From Basidiobolus meristosporus CBS 931.73 (Eukaryota; Fungi; Basidiobolomycota): 64,000 bases of DNA. The position numbers and the translations under genes are program-made. Below are positions 63,164-64,000 of this stretch, in pieces. Under the pieces are notes generated by a model. That model saw only the letters and a list, made by a program, of their open reading frames with translations. It was not told the DNA's origin and ran no database searches. The DNA is taken from contig MCFE01000437.1 of NCBI GenBank assembly GCA_002104905.1, forward strand, positions 11,217-75,216, written 5' to 3'. Each line of letters begins with the position of its first letter. Position 1 is the stretch's first letter.

Positions 63164-64000
63164 TACTCCTGATAGTGAAGTTTGGGTGGTGGATCAGAGG
63201 CGAATTTGTTTGTGATATGATTCGAACAGAGCAACCCAGCAAATATCACCAACAGATGGCCAGGCAGCACGGCGAATGCAGTGATGTAGGTGATCTTCAG
63301 ACCGCTGGCCATGAACCGTTGCAGCTTCCCCCGACACCCGGGCAACGTGGTGCGGGGAAAGCATTTGTTGGTGTAGGCCGGGAAATGGTTTTTGTCCAGG
63401 TAGCCACAGCAATGTAGCTGTGAAGCGGATGGTGAGTTTCACCGTGGTGGCCAGGATAGCTAGAGAATGCACTTACGTTACTTTGGACCCGCTGCCGCTC
63501 AGCGTTGGTGAGGCCACGCCACTGAGACTGCAGCTTGGCCTCAAGATTCCACAGCTGCCGTCTGTAGGCAACATATCCCACCGAGGCAATCCCCGCCATT
63601 AATGGCCACAGGAATACGCAGTAGAATGTGAGAAGCCGGCGGTTGTTGAAGAAGATTCCCAGGTAGCCCAGTATTCCGATGGCTATCGTGCAGCTGCTCA
63701 CGGTAGTGACCACTGGGGAGAATGGGATCAGTACGGATGTACGTGGAGTGAGAGAAAGAGAGGTGCCGTACATATCACGTAACTTCCCGATATCACTAAA
63801 ATCACTTCCGCCCGCAGGTACACTACTCAAGGTCAGAATTCCCCAACAGCAAGCATAGGTGGTCAATCGACTTACGTTTGAACCAGGTCAAGATACTGAG
63901 TATCAAGCTGCAGATACCAATCGAGATCAACTGTCGATATCAACGAAGGTTAAGGCCTCGTCAGGGTTGATCAGAGCGTTGGACTTACCAAAGTATTAGC
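63163..64000 (-). CDS. TSP2: Fungal Tsp2-family tetraspanin, 3' part (start beyond window); exons >64000-63989, 63930-63876, 63822-63772, 63712-63477, 63417-63163
   Basis: Spliced: ANTL LISIGICSLILSILTWFK LYLRAEVILV... GILGYLGIFFNNRRLL.FY..FLWP...GYVAYRRQLWNLEAKLQSQW...RVQSN LHCCGY...CFPRTTLPGC...LLCSNHIT.KF; CCG motif; four in-phase GT-AG introns of 53-59 nt. Confidence 0.85.

Noticed and set aside
63297-63866. ORF-track 189-aa product as the real protein
   Set aside because: It reads through introns; the spliced model gives a coherent Tsp2 tetraspanin.

Overview
Eukaryotic, almost certainly fungal DNA: short 53-76 nt GT-AG introns, a fungal Tsp2-type tetraspanin and FRG1. Bases 1 to ~61,000 are a CpG-depleted nest of transposons. 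(i) Eight or more copies or fragments of a CACTA/EnSpm element with CCC termini, one complete at 47613-58823. (ii) Three copies of a two-gene PHIS (PIF/Harbinger-ISL2EU-type) DDE transposon with AGACTTGTTCC TIRs and 3-bp ANT target duplications, most like the Pangu group, plus four 733-734 bp hairpin MITEs and one ~215 bp MITE of the same family. (iii) Two Ty1/Copia families, each with one two-LTR copy. (iv) A Ty3/Gypsy family. At ~61,050 CpG content jumps and a compact gene block begins: a decayed serine/threonine dehydratase fragment, an intact 4-exon FRG1 (259 aa) and the 3' part of a Tsp2 tetraspanin. The best candidate for an undescribed system is the Pangu-like family. Its youngest copy has an intact, CpG-free transposase facing a CpG-retaining partner gene with a SAP-like motif and C-terminal NLS. 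Its ends carry GGCAC/TGTG motifs phased every ~10 bp, and it has produced large fold-back derivatives. All calls come from manual motif recognition and manual alignment; counts are by eye, and no database search was run.
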